Numbered from the stretch's first letter, positions 1-8,501 are shown. The stretch is 11,740 nucleotides of DNA from Candidatus Ratteibacteria bacterium (GCA_049971295.1 JBMFLH010000061.1:1-11740), one strand, 5' to 3'. Numbers and translations are program-made. Notes: generated by a model from the letters alone, not told the origin.

Positions 1-2
1 GG

Positions 3-917
3 GGAAGGTTTTTCGGAGTTTTGAGATTTACATCCACTATTGTTGGTTTTGGATTTTTGAGATTGTCTTCCTATATTCTCGGCGTTGAACCTTCGTTTAA
101 GGAATTTTTTATTGTAATGCTATGTGTAAGTATTTTTGCAATTATCTGGCCATTCAGTTATTTTTATGTTTCCATGCCTTCTCCATCTTATGAAGAAAAA
201 TCTGATTCCAGATTGTATGGCGTTTTTCGCGAAGTTTTTTCAGACAGAGAAAGAAAACTTTATTTCTGTTTTTATTTTTTGTGGAACTTTGCCGCTTATA
301 TTGTTGCTCCTTTTGTTGTCCCATTTTATAAGACCGTTTTACATCTTTCTTCTTCTTTCTGTGTGTTTTTGAATTCGATTTCCATACTGGGTATGGGTGG
401 TCTGGCATTTATCTGGGGAAAGGTGAATGATTTCAGGGGCAGCAGGTTTGTGTTATTTTTTTCATTTCTTATTGGGATGCTTTATTCTCTTTTGATGGCG
501 CATATTCATAAATTCCCTTCACAGGGAATGGAACAGGCCTTAATCTTCATTTCATTAATCGGAGGTATTGCTGGTGGTGGCCAATTGATGGGAGATACAA
601 CGAGAAGATTTTTGATTGCTCCTGAAAAAAATCGTGTCGCATTTTTTTCTTACCTGGCAATTTTTGGGGGGCAACTGCCTGCTTTGATTGTGCCTCCTAT
701 CAGTGGAAAAATTATAGAAAATTATAAAAATATTTCTATCGCCGGTTATGGCATTTATCAACTTATCTACCTGTTACTTGCCTTTTTCCATATTGTTTTC
801 CTTGTCATGATTTTGAAAATGAAGCCAATAAAGGAAAAACCTGTTGTAGAAGTATTCAAAGATGTTCTAACTGAAAATTTAATGAAACTAAGGGATTTAA
901 TTGCCAGTCCGCCATGA
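3..917 (+). CDS. MFS transporter, 5'-truncated by the window edge; substrate unknown
   Basis: The frame is open upstream of the TTG at 21 (GRFFGVLRFTST...), so the true start lies outside the window. There are many hydrophobic TM-length segments, an MFS motif-A-like loop WGKVNDFRGSR, and a PEKNRVAFFS loop typical of the C-terminal MFS half. Stop is TGA at 915-917. Confidence 0.8.
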   Translation, partial: GRFFGVLRFTSTIVGFGFLRLSSYILGVEPSFKEFFIVMLCVSIFAIIWPFSYFYVSMPSPSYEEKSDSRLYGVFREVFSDRERKLYFCFYFLWNFAAYIVAPFVVPFYKTVLHLSSSFCVFLNSISILGMGGLAFIWGKVNDFRGSRFVLFFSFLIGMLYSLLMAHIHKFPSQGMEQALIFISLIGGIAGGGQLMGDTTRRFLIAPEKNRVAFFSYLAIFGGQLPALIVPPISGKIIENYKNISIAGYGIYQLIYLLLAFFHIVFLVMILKMKPIKEKPVVEVFKDVLTENLMKLRDLIASPP

Positions 918-943
918 CGAAGTTTTATGGTTCGTGATAGAAT
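914..943 (+). promoter_or_regulatory. Putative sigma70-type promoter for addBA (extended -10)
   Basis: TG-a-TAGAAT at 935-943 is an extended -10 with 5/6 match. ATGACG at 914-919 is a weak -35 with an 18-nt spacer. It lies in the only sizeable intergenic gap (918-967). Confidence 0.4.
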
Positions 944-967
944 AATTCATAACAGAATAAAAATTCT

Positions 968-3628
968 ATGACAGGGACAAAAAAATATCTGATTATTTTT
1001 CCTTTTTCATATAAAGAGCGGACCGAATACATTGTTGAGAAATTTTTTGGCGATACAATAGATTTTTCACGTGTTACTCACCTTACTTCCCGATGGACAA
1101 GGATTGAGGATTTCAGAATAAAACTGGCGATGTGTAAGAAAAAACCATCAATTCTTCCAGCAAGTTATTCTTTGAAAGCTTTTGCTGCAAAAATTGTGCA
1201 GGATTATACGGAACACAGGTTAATATCTCAGATTGAACAACTTTTGCTGATTATGGAACTATGCGGCCAAATGGTAGTAAAAACAGGAATAAATGCTGTG
1301 TCACTCGCAACCAGAATCAAATCATTTATCAAGGATTTCAAACTTTCACATGAGAAACTTGATTTTGATGGTTGGTTTTCTGAAATTCAGAAATATCCCT
1401 GGAGGTATCAGGAAAATAAAAATGTTGTAGAACAGGCGTTCAATGTGATGAAACAGTATCAAAATAAACTTGAAAACAATCGTCTTGTAGATGAAGATGA
1501 CCTTTATAGAATTGCAGCAGAAAAGGTACAAGACATGAATTTTGATACAGTGCTTCTTGATGGAATGCTTGAATTTATACCTTCTCAAAGATTGTTGATA
1601 GAAAGGATTGCTGAAAATTCAAAGTTGTTCATATCTACCTATCAATACGACGAAGGCACACCCTATGATGCAAGAACATTTGTCCTTGAACCAAATGTTA
1701 ATTTTCTTAAAAGCATTACCAGTTCTGTAATAAATGTGGAGTCAAACAGCAATGGTGTCGATGCCATTGTATATAATTTCCCGTCAATTGACGAGGAAGT
1801 GAAGGGTATTGCAGAACTGATTTTGAAAGAAATGAGTGAGTGTGAAAGCGCAAACTGGGAAGATATGCTTGTTGTTTTTCCTGACATGCTCGGGTACAGA
1901 GAGATTGTTCAGAGAATTTTTCGTCGTATGAAAATACCGTTCTGTATGACACCAGGACATGTTTTGAACCAGGACCCATCAATTGTTGCCATTATTTCAT
2001 TTCTTGGATGGCTTGATTCGCCTTCCTGGGAAAACTGTATGTCTTTGTTCACAAGTCCATTTTTTTCTTTTGATAGGAAAGAGTCTGAAAAATTTTCAAA
2101 TGAAGCGAGAGACATTTTTAAGGGTGTTGGATTTTATCCTGACGATAAATGGCTAAATAACTGGAAAAACTGGAAAAAAGTTAAAAAAGCAGCAAAAATC
2201 ATGGATGTGAAAGAGGATTCTCTCACAAACTGGAGTCATAGGTTAATTAAGGCAATAGAAGAAATGGGCTGGAAAGAGTTTGAAATTGAAGGAAAGATCT
2301 CATTTATGGATTTGATGGAACAGTTAAAAAGCAATGTATCAGTCAGCCGAGCCGAATTTATTAATATTTTGAAATGTTCCTTGAACATGATAGAGGTTGA
2401 AAAAAGCAAAGGAGCAGGCGTCAGAGTAATGGGTATTCTTGATTCCACAGGCATTGAGGCAAAAATCGTTTTTCTGGGTGGCGCCACTGATGAAGCGCTT
2501 CCCATGGCATCCCATCAGGAAGAATTTTTCCTACCAGATCCATTAAAGGAGACTCTTTCCCTCAATACCTATAAACTCAAAGTTGCAAGAGAGAGATTGG
2601 ATGTTTACAGATTGAAAATGCTCAACAAAATTGTGTTTACATATCCAGCAAAAATTTCAGGAAGGCAGCAAAATGGTTCTATTTTCCTTTATGATTTACG
2701 ACAATCTCCATACAAAAAGGATTTTTACATTGCCATGCCGCAACAAATTTTTCTGCCTATGGTGGATTATCGCAAGTTTGAAAAAAAATTCATAAAAGAG
2801 GGAAAAATTCACTTTACAGTGAGCCATCTTGATACTCTTGCCAGATGCCCCTACAACTTTTATCTTGCATATGTTGAAGAAGTGGAACCTTACAAAGCAC
2901 CTGCCATTGAAGAAGTTCCTGAATTCTGGGGGATTTTATTACACACTGCTGCGGAAAAAGCTGCCAGTGATTTCAAGGAAAAAATCATGGATGAGCAATC
3001 GGTATTGGTACAATACGAAAAATTCTGCCAGCTTGTTGACGAATTTCTTGATAATCCTGGTCAGGTTTCTCAAAAATATTTTTATAGAATTCCGCCTGTG
3101 GTGAGAATCTTTCTTGAAAAAAGAAAACAACATGTTTTTGATTCTTTTAGAAACACGCTTCATAATCACATTGGCCACAAAATTTTGGACCTTGAAAAGC
3201 AGAGCATAGTTCAGATAGGAAACATGGTTTTAAAAGGAAAATTCGACCGCCTTGAAAAAAGGGAAGATGGAACTATTGAAATTATTGACTTTAAGAGCGG
3301 GAAACATCCAAAAAAAGTAAAAAAATATCCGGATACAGGAAATTGTCTTGATCTTGAGAACCTTGAGCTACCGCTTTATTCATTGATCCAGTATAAACTT
3401 TCAGGGGAAAAAAGCAGGGTATTTGTTTGGTCTTTGAATTTTGAAGAAGAAAAGTTCGAGCTTGAATATCCGGCGATAGCGGAATTTCTTGATGACCTTG
3501 AATCTGACTTAAAAGCGCTTGGTGAACAGTTGGTAAGTGGACAATTTAAATTCACGAAAAAATCAAAGAATTGTTTCAGCTGTTATTTTGCAAGTTTTTG
3601 TATATTAGAGGGTGACGATGACGAATAA
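968..3628 (+). CDS. addB: AddB/RexB-like subunit: inactivated SF1 helicase scaffold plus C-terminal PD-(D/E)XK (RecB-family) nuclease with 4Fe-4S staple
   Basis: Degenerate helicase remnants (VLLDGMLEF, DMLVVFPD, GVRVMGILDSTG, VFLGG). Nuclease entry motif FTVSHLDTLARCPYNFY, then WGILLHTAAE, GKFDRLE (D760) and IIDFKSG (D774, K776). Four Fe-S cysteines: C627 plus C869-x2-C872-x5-C878. Overlaps a UvrD-type helicase-nuclease gene immediately downstream. Confidence 0.85.
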   Translation: MTGTKKYLIIFPFSYKERTEYIVEKFFGDTIDFSRVTHLTSRWTRIEDFRIKLAMCKKKPSILPASYSLKAFAAKIVQDYTEHRLISQIEQLLLIMELCGQMVVKTGINAVSLATRIKSFIKDFKLSHEKLDFDGWFSEIQKYPWRYQENKNVVEQAFNVMKQYQNKLENNRLVDEDDLYRIAAEKVQDMNFDTVLLDGMLEFIPSQRLLIERIAENSKLFISTYQYDEGTPYDARTFVLEPNVNFLKSITSSVINVESNSNGVDAIVYNFPSIDEEVKGIAELILKEMSECESANWEDMLVVFPDMLGYREIVQRIFRRMKIPFCMTPGHVLNQDPSIVAIISFLGWLDSPSWENCMSLFTSPFFSFDRKESEKFSNEARDIFKGVGFYPDDKWLNNWKNWKKVKKAAKIMDVKEDSLTNWSHRLIKAIEEMGWKEFEIEGKISFMDLMEQLKSNVSVSRAEFINILKCSLNMIEVEKSKGAGVRVMGILDSTGIEAKIVFLGGATDEALPMASHQEEFFLPDPLKETLSLNTYKLKVARERLDVYRLKMLNKIVFTYPAKISGRQQNGSIFLYDLRQSPYKKDFYIAMPQQIFLPMVDYRKFEKKFIKEGKIHFTVSHLDTLARCPYNFYLAYVEEVEPYKAPAIEEVPEFWGILLHTAAEKAASDFKEKIMDEQSVLVQYEKFCQLVDEFLDNPGQVSQKYFYRIPPVVRIFLEKRKQHVFDSFRNTLHNHIGHKILDLEKQSIVQIGNMVLKGKFDRLEKREDGTIEIIDFKSGKHPKKVKKYPDTGNCLDLENLELPLYSLIQYKLSGEKSRVFVWSLNFEEEKFELEYPAIAEFLDDLESDLKALGEQLVSGQFKFTKKSKNCFSCYFASFCILEGDDDE

Positions 3629-6230
3629 TCAGGAAGCATTGAATTTTTCCGTGAAGATGATACATGCGTCGGCAGGTACCGGGAAAACATATCGGCTTAC
3701 GCGCGAATTTGTTGACCTGTTAAAAAATGACAATTTCATCCGCAGTTCAAAGAGAGTTGTTGCAATTACTTTTTCTGAAAAAGCGGCGTGTGAAATGAAA
3801 TCAAGAATTATCCAGACCATTTTTGGTGAAATTTTGAGTGATGTAAAGGATGAGAAAACACGTATTGAATACGAGAATCAACTGTTTCTATTGAGAATAT
3901 CAACCATTCACTCGTTTTGCAAAAACCTCCTTAAACGATTTTCGTTTTTATTTCAGGTTGATCCGAATTTCACAGTTGCTGAACCTGAAAAAGTAATGAT
4001 TTTTTTCAATCAGGCGATTTCGAAATTCCTCGAGAATACGCAGCTTAATGACGAGGCAATTGCGCGCATGAAGCCAATGAAAATGAAACACTTTCTTGAC
4101 AAACTTGAAAATTTAAATAAAAGTCATCCGCAGGTGTTTCTTGGAAAACCGTTTGATGATGAAATAACGGCGCCAGTATTTGAGTGCTTTATAAAGGTAA
4201 ACGATATTTTCAGACAAATCAAAAAACAGCAATCAGTAATGGACTTTAATGACCTTGAAATTTTTACATATCTTTTGTTAAAAGAGCATCCTGAATCCCT
4301 GAATGTTCTGAATGATTTTGATGAGGCGGTTGATTTTATTTTTGTTGACGAATTCCAGGATACCAGTCTTCTTCAATGGAAAATTATCAGGGAATTTTCT
4401 TCTGAATGGGTTTCTGGAATGGGCGCGAAAGCAGACACAGGGAAAAAATATGGTCTATTTTTTGTTGGTGACAGGAAGCAATCCATTTATCATTTTCGGG
4501 GTGCTGAAAGTACTGTTTTTGACGATGCCAGGGCATTCTATGGTCCGTATGTCACATCTGAGTATCTGACAACCAGCTACAGAAGTTTTCCACCTGTCAT
4601 TGAATTTGTTAACAGGGTTTTTGAATCTTATCCAGGGTTTTCTGAAAAGGAAAAACTTCGCGCAAATGAGAACTTTGCCGAAAGAAAAGAAGGATTTGTT
4701 GAGATAAGACTTTTTGAAAAAAACGGCCCAATTGTTGAAGTAAAAGAAGACGAATTCAAATGGATTGCAAGAAGAATTTTGTCCCTGATAGAGACAAAAT
4801 TTTCTGTATACGATAAAGGCGATCAAGCATTGAGACCTGTAAGTTTCAAAGACATAGCGATTTTGATGCGTAAAAGAACCCATTTGAAGATTCTTGAACA
4901 GCAATTGCGTTCGTATTCCATTCCGTTTGTAAATGTCGGGGGGATTGGATTTTATCAGGAGCCAGAAATAAAATTTCTGGTCTATGTTCTGTGTGCTCTT
5001 GCTGATAGTTCAGATGACCTTGCTCTGAAGAATCTCCAGCAGTCAAAATTTCAAATCAATCCCCAGCAGATTGAACAGTGGAGAGAACTTTTGAAAAGTG
5101 AATCTGCTGCTTCTGTTCTTGATAGAATCATTGCAGAAATTGACATGGCTTCTTATGCTGGCACCCAGGGGTGTGCAAACATTGAGAAATTTTTGATGCT
5201 CGTTCACGAAATGAGGGATATTCCATTTTTTCAGATGGTTCAGAATTTTAGAAAGATGTTGAGTAAGGAAGAAGAACCAAAGGCAGATGTTTTTTCAGAA
5301 TTACAGGATGCAGTAAGGGTTCTCACTGTTCATGGTTCAAAGGGACTTGAGTTTCCAGTTGTTTTTCTTTCTGGAGTAGAACAGGGCAGTCCCGATAAAG
5401 GCAAAATCAAGTTAATGCATAAAAGGAGCAATGCACCAGATTCTGACTATATTTTTCTATTTCATAATTCAGGGGAAAAGGGCGATTTTTATAATGATTT
5501 TGTGAAAGCCCTTGAAGAAGAAGAAAGAAGAATTCTTTATGTTGCCCTTACAAGGGCAAGACAATCTCTTGTAATAACAGGAGTGAAAAGAAAGAGTGTT
5601 TGGCTTGAAATGCTCGAAAGATTTCAACAGGAGTATCCTGCGACTGACCTGACGGAGAAGGAAATTGTCATAAGCCAGAAAGAACAACAACCTGTTTTTC
5701 AAATTCCCGTGATTTATAAAAAGCCCATTTCTCCAGTTTCTTTTTCCTCCCAGAAGCAACAGTTTGAATCACAGGGAGAAAAAACAGGCACGATTATTCA
5801 CAAAATTGCATGTGAAATTTCAGCAGGTTTTTTAAAACCCAGATTTGATGAAATGATGAAAAGGGCAAAATTTTTGACAGAAAAGATGAATACAAACATG
5901 GCCCATGACGAACTGAAGATTCATATTCAAAATTTATTGAAGCCAGAAATTCTTGAAGTGATTTTGCCAGTGTCTGATTCTTATAGTGAACTGCCATTTC
6001 TTATTGAAGACAAAGGAAGTTATGTGCAGGGTGTGATAGATCGTGTCGTATATCAAAGCGGTATCTGGAAAATTTACGATTTCAAGACAAGGCACACACC
6101 TGACATTACTGATGACGATAGAGAACAATTACAGATTTACAAAAAAGGCATCAGCAAAATTTTTAATGCAAGAGAGGTTCAAACATTTCTTATTTTCACA
6201 TTTTGCGGTATAATAAAACAAATAGAATAA
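3618..6230 (+). CDS. addA: AddA/RexA-like ATP-dependent UvrD-family helicase with C-terminal RecB-family nuclease
   Basis: Complete SF1A motifs: I ASAGTGKT (3666-3689), Ia AITFSEKAACEMKSRI, Ib STIHSFC, II VDEFQDT, III VGDRKQSIYHFRGA, IV LTTSYRS, IAILMR, V TVHGSKGLEFPVV, VI EERRILYVALTRA. Nuclease motifs: GTIIH, ELPF, GVIDRV, YDFKT, QLQIY. ATG 3618 is preferred over GTG 3612 because GAGGG at 3608-3612 acts as its SD. Ends in TAA followed by two more in-frame TAA. Confidence 0.9.
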   Translation: MTNNQEALNFSVKMIHASAGTGKTYRLTREFVDLLKNDNFIRSSKRVVAITFSEKAACEMKSRIIQTIFGEILSDVKDEKTRIEYENQLFLLRISTIHSFCKNLLKRFSFLFQVDPNFTVAEPEKVMIFFNQAISKFLENTQLNDEAIARMKPMKMKHFLDKLENLNKSHPQVFLGKPFDDEITAPVFECFIKVNDIFRQIKKQQSVMDFNDLEIFTYLLLKEHPESLNVLNDFDEAVDFIFVDEFQDTSLLQWKIIREFSSEWVSGMGAKADTGKKYGLFFVGDRKQSIYHFRGAESTVFDDARAFYGPYVTSEYLTTSYRSFPPVIEFVNRVFESYPGFSEKEKLRANENFAERKEGFVEIRLFEKNGPIVEVKEDEFKWIARRILSLIETKFSVYDKGDQALRPVSFKDIAILMRKRTHLKILEQQLRSYSIPFVNVGGIGFYQEPEIKFLVYVLCALADSSDDLALKNLQQSKFQINPQQIEQWRELLKSESAASVLDRIIAEIDMASYAGTQGCANIEKFLMLVHEMRDIPFFQMVQNFRKMLSKEEEPKADVFSELQDAVRVLTVHGSKGLEFPVVFLSGVEQGSPDKGKIKLMHKRSNAPDSDYIFLFHNSGEKGDFYNDFVKALEEEERRILYVALTRARQSLVITGVKRKSVWLEMLERFQQEYPATDLTEKEIVISQKEQQPVFQIPVIYKKPISPVSFSSQKQQFESQGEKTGTIIHKIACEISAGFLKPRFDEMMKRAKFLTEKMNTNMAHDELKIHIQNLLKPEILEVILPVSDSYSELPFLIEDKGSYVQGVIDRVVYQSGIWKIYDFKTRHTPDITDDDREQLQIYKKGISKIFNAREVQTFLIFTFCGIIKQIE
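6187..6214 (+). promoter_or_regulatory. Possible internal promoter in the addA 3' end for the fucI-like to prmC genes
   Basis: Perfect TATAAT at 6209-6214, about 40 nt before the ATG at 6257. The -35 is poor (TTCTTA at 6187-6192). Confidence 0.3.
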
Positions 6231-6256
6231 TAATAAAGTATTTAACGGAGGGAAAA

Positions 6257-7747
6257 ATGAAAAATACGCCAATTGGCATTGTGATGATGAATGATGAAAG
6301 ACAGCATGTGTGGGAACAAAACGAAAAAGACAATATGGCCGTGTTGCATCAATGGGCGGATTTTTTGAAGAAAAATTTGCAGGATAAGACAGGGTCCTGC
6401 CCTGAAATCGTCGTGGGTTCAGAAACAATTAAAAGTATTACAACAGCAAGAAAAGTAGGTGAAGAACTTGTGAGGAAAGGATGCAGACAGGTGATTATGT
6501 GCTACAATGTCTGGGATTTTCCGTATCTTGTCTGGCCATTTATCCAAACAGTTGGGATTGATAAGCCGATATTGTCTCTTTCCAATAATAATGGTGCGTA
6601 CCCTGGTAATGTGGGACTTCTTGCAACAGACGGAGCATTAAGACAAGCTGGTATCAGAACTTACAGAATCGTTGGAGAAATCACTGATTCTTTAACACAA
6701 CAAAAGGTATTGAAATGGGTCAGGGCATCCCAGGCAGCAGCGTGCATAAAAAACGAGGTGTATGGTTGTTATGGTGGCCATTCTATGGGTATGGAAACCG
6801 GGTATTTTCACCTCGTGCCAACAGTGAAACACTTTGGAACAACAGTATATCAAATTGACCAGTTGCTTCTGGTGAAAATGATGGAACAGGTTTCTTCAAA
6901 AGAAGTTGAGAAAGGATTCAGGTGGTTTTCTGAAATGCTTGGAGATAGAATTAAATATGACGGAAAAATGTTGACACCAGAAACTTTAAAAAAACAGATA
7001 TCGCTTTATCTGGCGATGAAAAAAGTCAACGAAGAATATGATTTTGATTTCTGCGGACTGAAAGGACAGAGGGAATTGACTGAACATGTGTGCCTTGGAG
7101 ATGTGCCAGAAATGTTGATGAACGATCCGTATGACTGGAACGGTTCAAAGGAACCTTTTGTTTGCGCAACTGAAGCAGATTCTTATGCTGCTTTGACAAT
7201 GCAGATTTTGAAGTACATCAGTGGCGGACTTCCTGTACTTTTTATGGATGTGAGATTGTACCACCCAGACCTTGATATCTGGGACTTCTGTAATTCTGGT
7301 AACCATGCAAGTTATTATGCTTCTTTGAGCGACGACCCAAAAGAGAATTTTGCAAAAATCACTTTTCATCCAGCACTTGAGTTTTACTTCAAGGCAGGCG
7401 GAGCTTCAGTTGAATTTGACGCAGCGCCAGGCATACTAACATTTGCCAGATTGGGACTATGGGACGATAGACCCTATATGGTGATTATGAAAGGAGAAAG
7501 TCTTGCTCTTAATAAAGATATGCGAAGAAAAATTAACGATCAGACCAATCCAACCTGGCCACATGTTCACGCGCGACTTGAATGTAACTTTGAAAATTTC
7601 CTGAAGGTTTTTCCCTGCAACCACATCCTGGCAGTTTCAGGGGATTGTGTTGAGTCCCTGAAGTACTTCTGCGATATATGCAAAATATCAGCAATTATTC
7701 CGGGCAGAGATACAGAGGTTGAAAATATATGGCAACTGGTAAGATGA
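6257..7747 (+). CDS. L-fucose/D-arabinose isomerase family protein (FucI-like, 496 aa)
   Basis: Motifs match E. coli FucI as I recall them: GLKGQRELTE (GFQGQRHWTD), PYDWNGSKEPFVCATEAD (FDWNGVREPFVVATEND), LFMDVR (FADVR), CNSG, TNPTWPH (TNSTWPT), PCNH (GANH). Predicted metal ligands are E306, D331 and H456. Start moved to ATG 6257, which has SD GGAGG at 6247-6251. Confidence 0.85.
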   Translation: MKNTPIGIVMMNDERQHVWEQNEKDNMAVLHQWADFLKKNLQDKTGSCPEIVVGSETIKSITTARKVGEELVRKGCRQVIMCYNVWDFPYLVWPFIQTVGIDKPILSLSNNNGAYPGNVGLLATDGALRQAGIRTYRIVGEITDSLTQQKVLKWVRASQAAACIKNEVYGCYGGHSMGMETGYFHLVPTVKHFGTTVYQIDQLLLVKMMEQVSSKEVEKGFRWFSEMLGDRIKYDGKMLTPETLKKQISLYLAMKKVNEEYDFDFCGLKGQRELTEHVCLGDVPEMLMNDPYDWNGSKEPFVCATEADSYAALTMQILKYISGGLPVLFMDVRLYHPDLDIWDFCNSGNHASYYASLSDDPKENFAKITFHPALEFYFKAGGASVEFDAAPGILTFARLGLWDDRPYMVIMKGESLALNKDMRRKINDQTNPTWPHVHARLECNFENFLKVFPCNHILAVSGDCVESLKYFCDICKISAIIPGRDTEVENIWQLVR

Positions 7748-8286
7748 ATTTACAAAAAAAAATTGTTGTAGGACTTTTAATTCTGTGGATAATATTACTC
7801 ATTGTATTTGGACTCGTCAGGTCAGGCGTGAAACCTGTGGTATATTTTTTCAAACCCCAACCAGATGGTTCTTTGACACTTTTTGAAGTTATAAAGCAGC
7901 CCAGGACCATTTTGTGGGGCAGTTCTCTTGAAGAAAAAATAAAAAGCGCAATAACTGAACTGATTTCAGGACCTGACTCTGACCAGTTAGCATCTGGATA
8001 TGTGTCCTTTGTACCTTCAGACGCAATGATTCTTGGCGTGAAAGTTGAAAATGATTTAATTTACCTTGATTTTGACGAAAACATTGAGTCAGGTGGAGGT
8101 ATTTTAGAAATCAGGGCGCGACTTGCTCAAATTGTTTATACCGCAACGCAATTCAATCCGGATGCAGGAGTCAGGATTTTGATTGAAGGAAAGGAGATTA
8201 AAAGCTTTAGCGGAGAAGGAATTACAGACGTTGAAAAGCCAATGTACAGAAAAGATTTTTTGGAATTTCAAGGAGGAGAAAAATAA
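7744..8286 (+). CDS. GerMN domain-containing protein with N-terminal membrane anchor
   Basis: Basic N-terminus followed by a hydrophobic helix ([21 protein letters not shown]). GerMN hallmarks: [35 protein letters not shown]...[22 protein letters not shown] 7744 overlaps the upstream TGA (ATGA). Confidence 0.85.
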   Translation: MNLQKKIVVGLLILWIILLIVFGLVRSGVKPVVYFFKPQPDGSLTLFEVIKQPRTILWGSSLEEKIKSAITELISGPDSDQLASGYVSFVPSDAMILGVKVENDLIYLDFDENIESGGGILEIRARLAQIVYTATQFNPDAGVRILIEGKEIKSFSGEGITDVEKPMYRKDFLEFQGGEK

Positions 8287-8501
8287 TGAAAGAGAAAATA
8301 CATCCTGAGTACAGAGAATCAAGAATCGTTTGCGCCTGTGGCAATACTGTGATTACTCGTTCCACAAAACCCGAGATCAAGCTTGAAATTTGTTCAAAAT
8401 GCCATCCATTTTATACAGGGAAACAGAAAATTATTGATACTGCCGGGATGGTGGAGAAATTCAGGAAGAAATATGGTGATCAAACACAAGGAAAGAAGTG
8501 A
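8286..8501 (+). CDS. rpmE: 50S ribosomal protein L31, zinc-binding type A
   Basis: [35 protein letters not shown], all four Cys present. SD AGGAGG at 8271-8276. TAATG overlap with the GerMN gene. Confidence 0.97.
   Translation: MKEKIHPEYRESRIVCACGNTVITRSTKPEIKLEICSKCHPFYTGKQKIIDTAGMVEKFRKKYGDQTQGKK

Noticed and set aside
3..917. MFS transporter as the sugar importer for the FucI-like enzyme
   Set aside because: It is separated from the isomerase by 5.3 kb of addBA, it is truncated, and I see no FucP or sugar-porter signature. A link cannot be supported.
4455..4904. 149-aa minus-strand ORF, and the other short alternative-frame or antisense ORFs in the track
   Set aside because: All lie within well-supported + strand genes and show no recognisable motifs. 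They are the expected shadow ORFs.
968..6230. Helicase plus Fe-S PD-(D/E)XK nuclease pair as a novel defence or Cas4-linked system
   Set aside because: Order, overlap and motifs fit ordinary AddBA. The Cas4-like cysteine staple is a known AddB feature, and there are no cas genes or CRISPR repeats.
6203..6256. N-terminal extension of the FucI-like ORF from TTG 6203
   Set aside because: It overlaps addA and has no SD, whereas ATG 6257 has GGAGG at good spacing.
7754..7762. A9 homopolymer just after the GerMN start as a phase-variation tract
   Set aside because: It encodes the Lys residues of the membrane-anchor N-region, the frame is intact, and A/T runs of 7-8 are common in this window. Only read-level length variation would support it.
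8231..8259. Internal rpmE promoter (TTGAAA at 8231-8236)
   Set aside because: There is no credible -10 at 16-18 nt spacing (GATTTT).
8383..8472. 30-aa N-terminal extension of RF1
   Set aside because: It is an alternative-frame reading of rpmE. Starting at 8473 gives a normal-length RF1.
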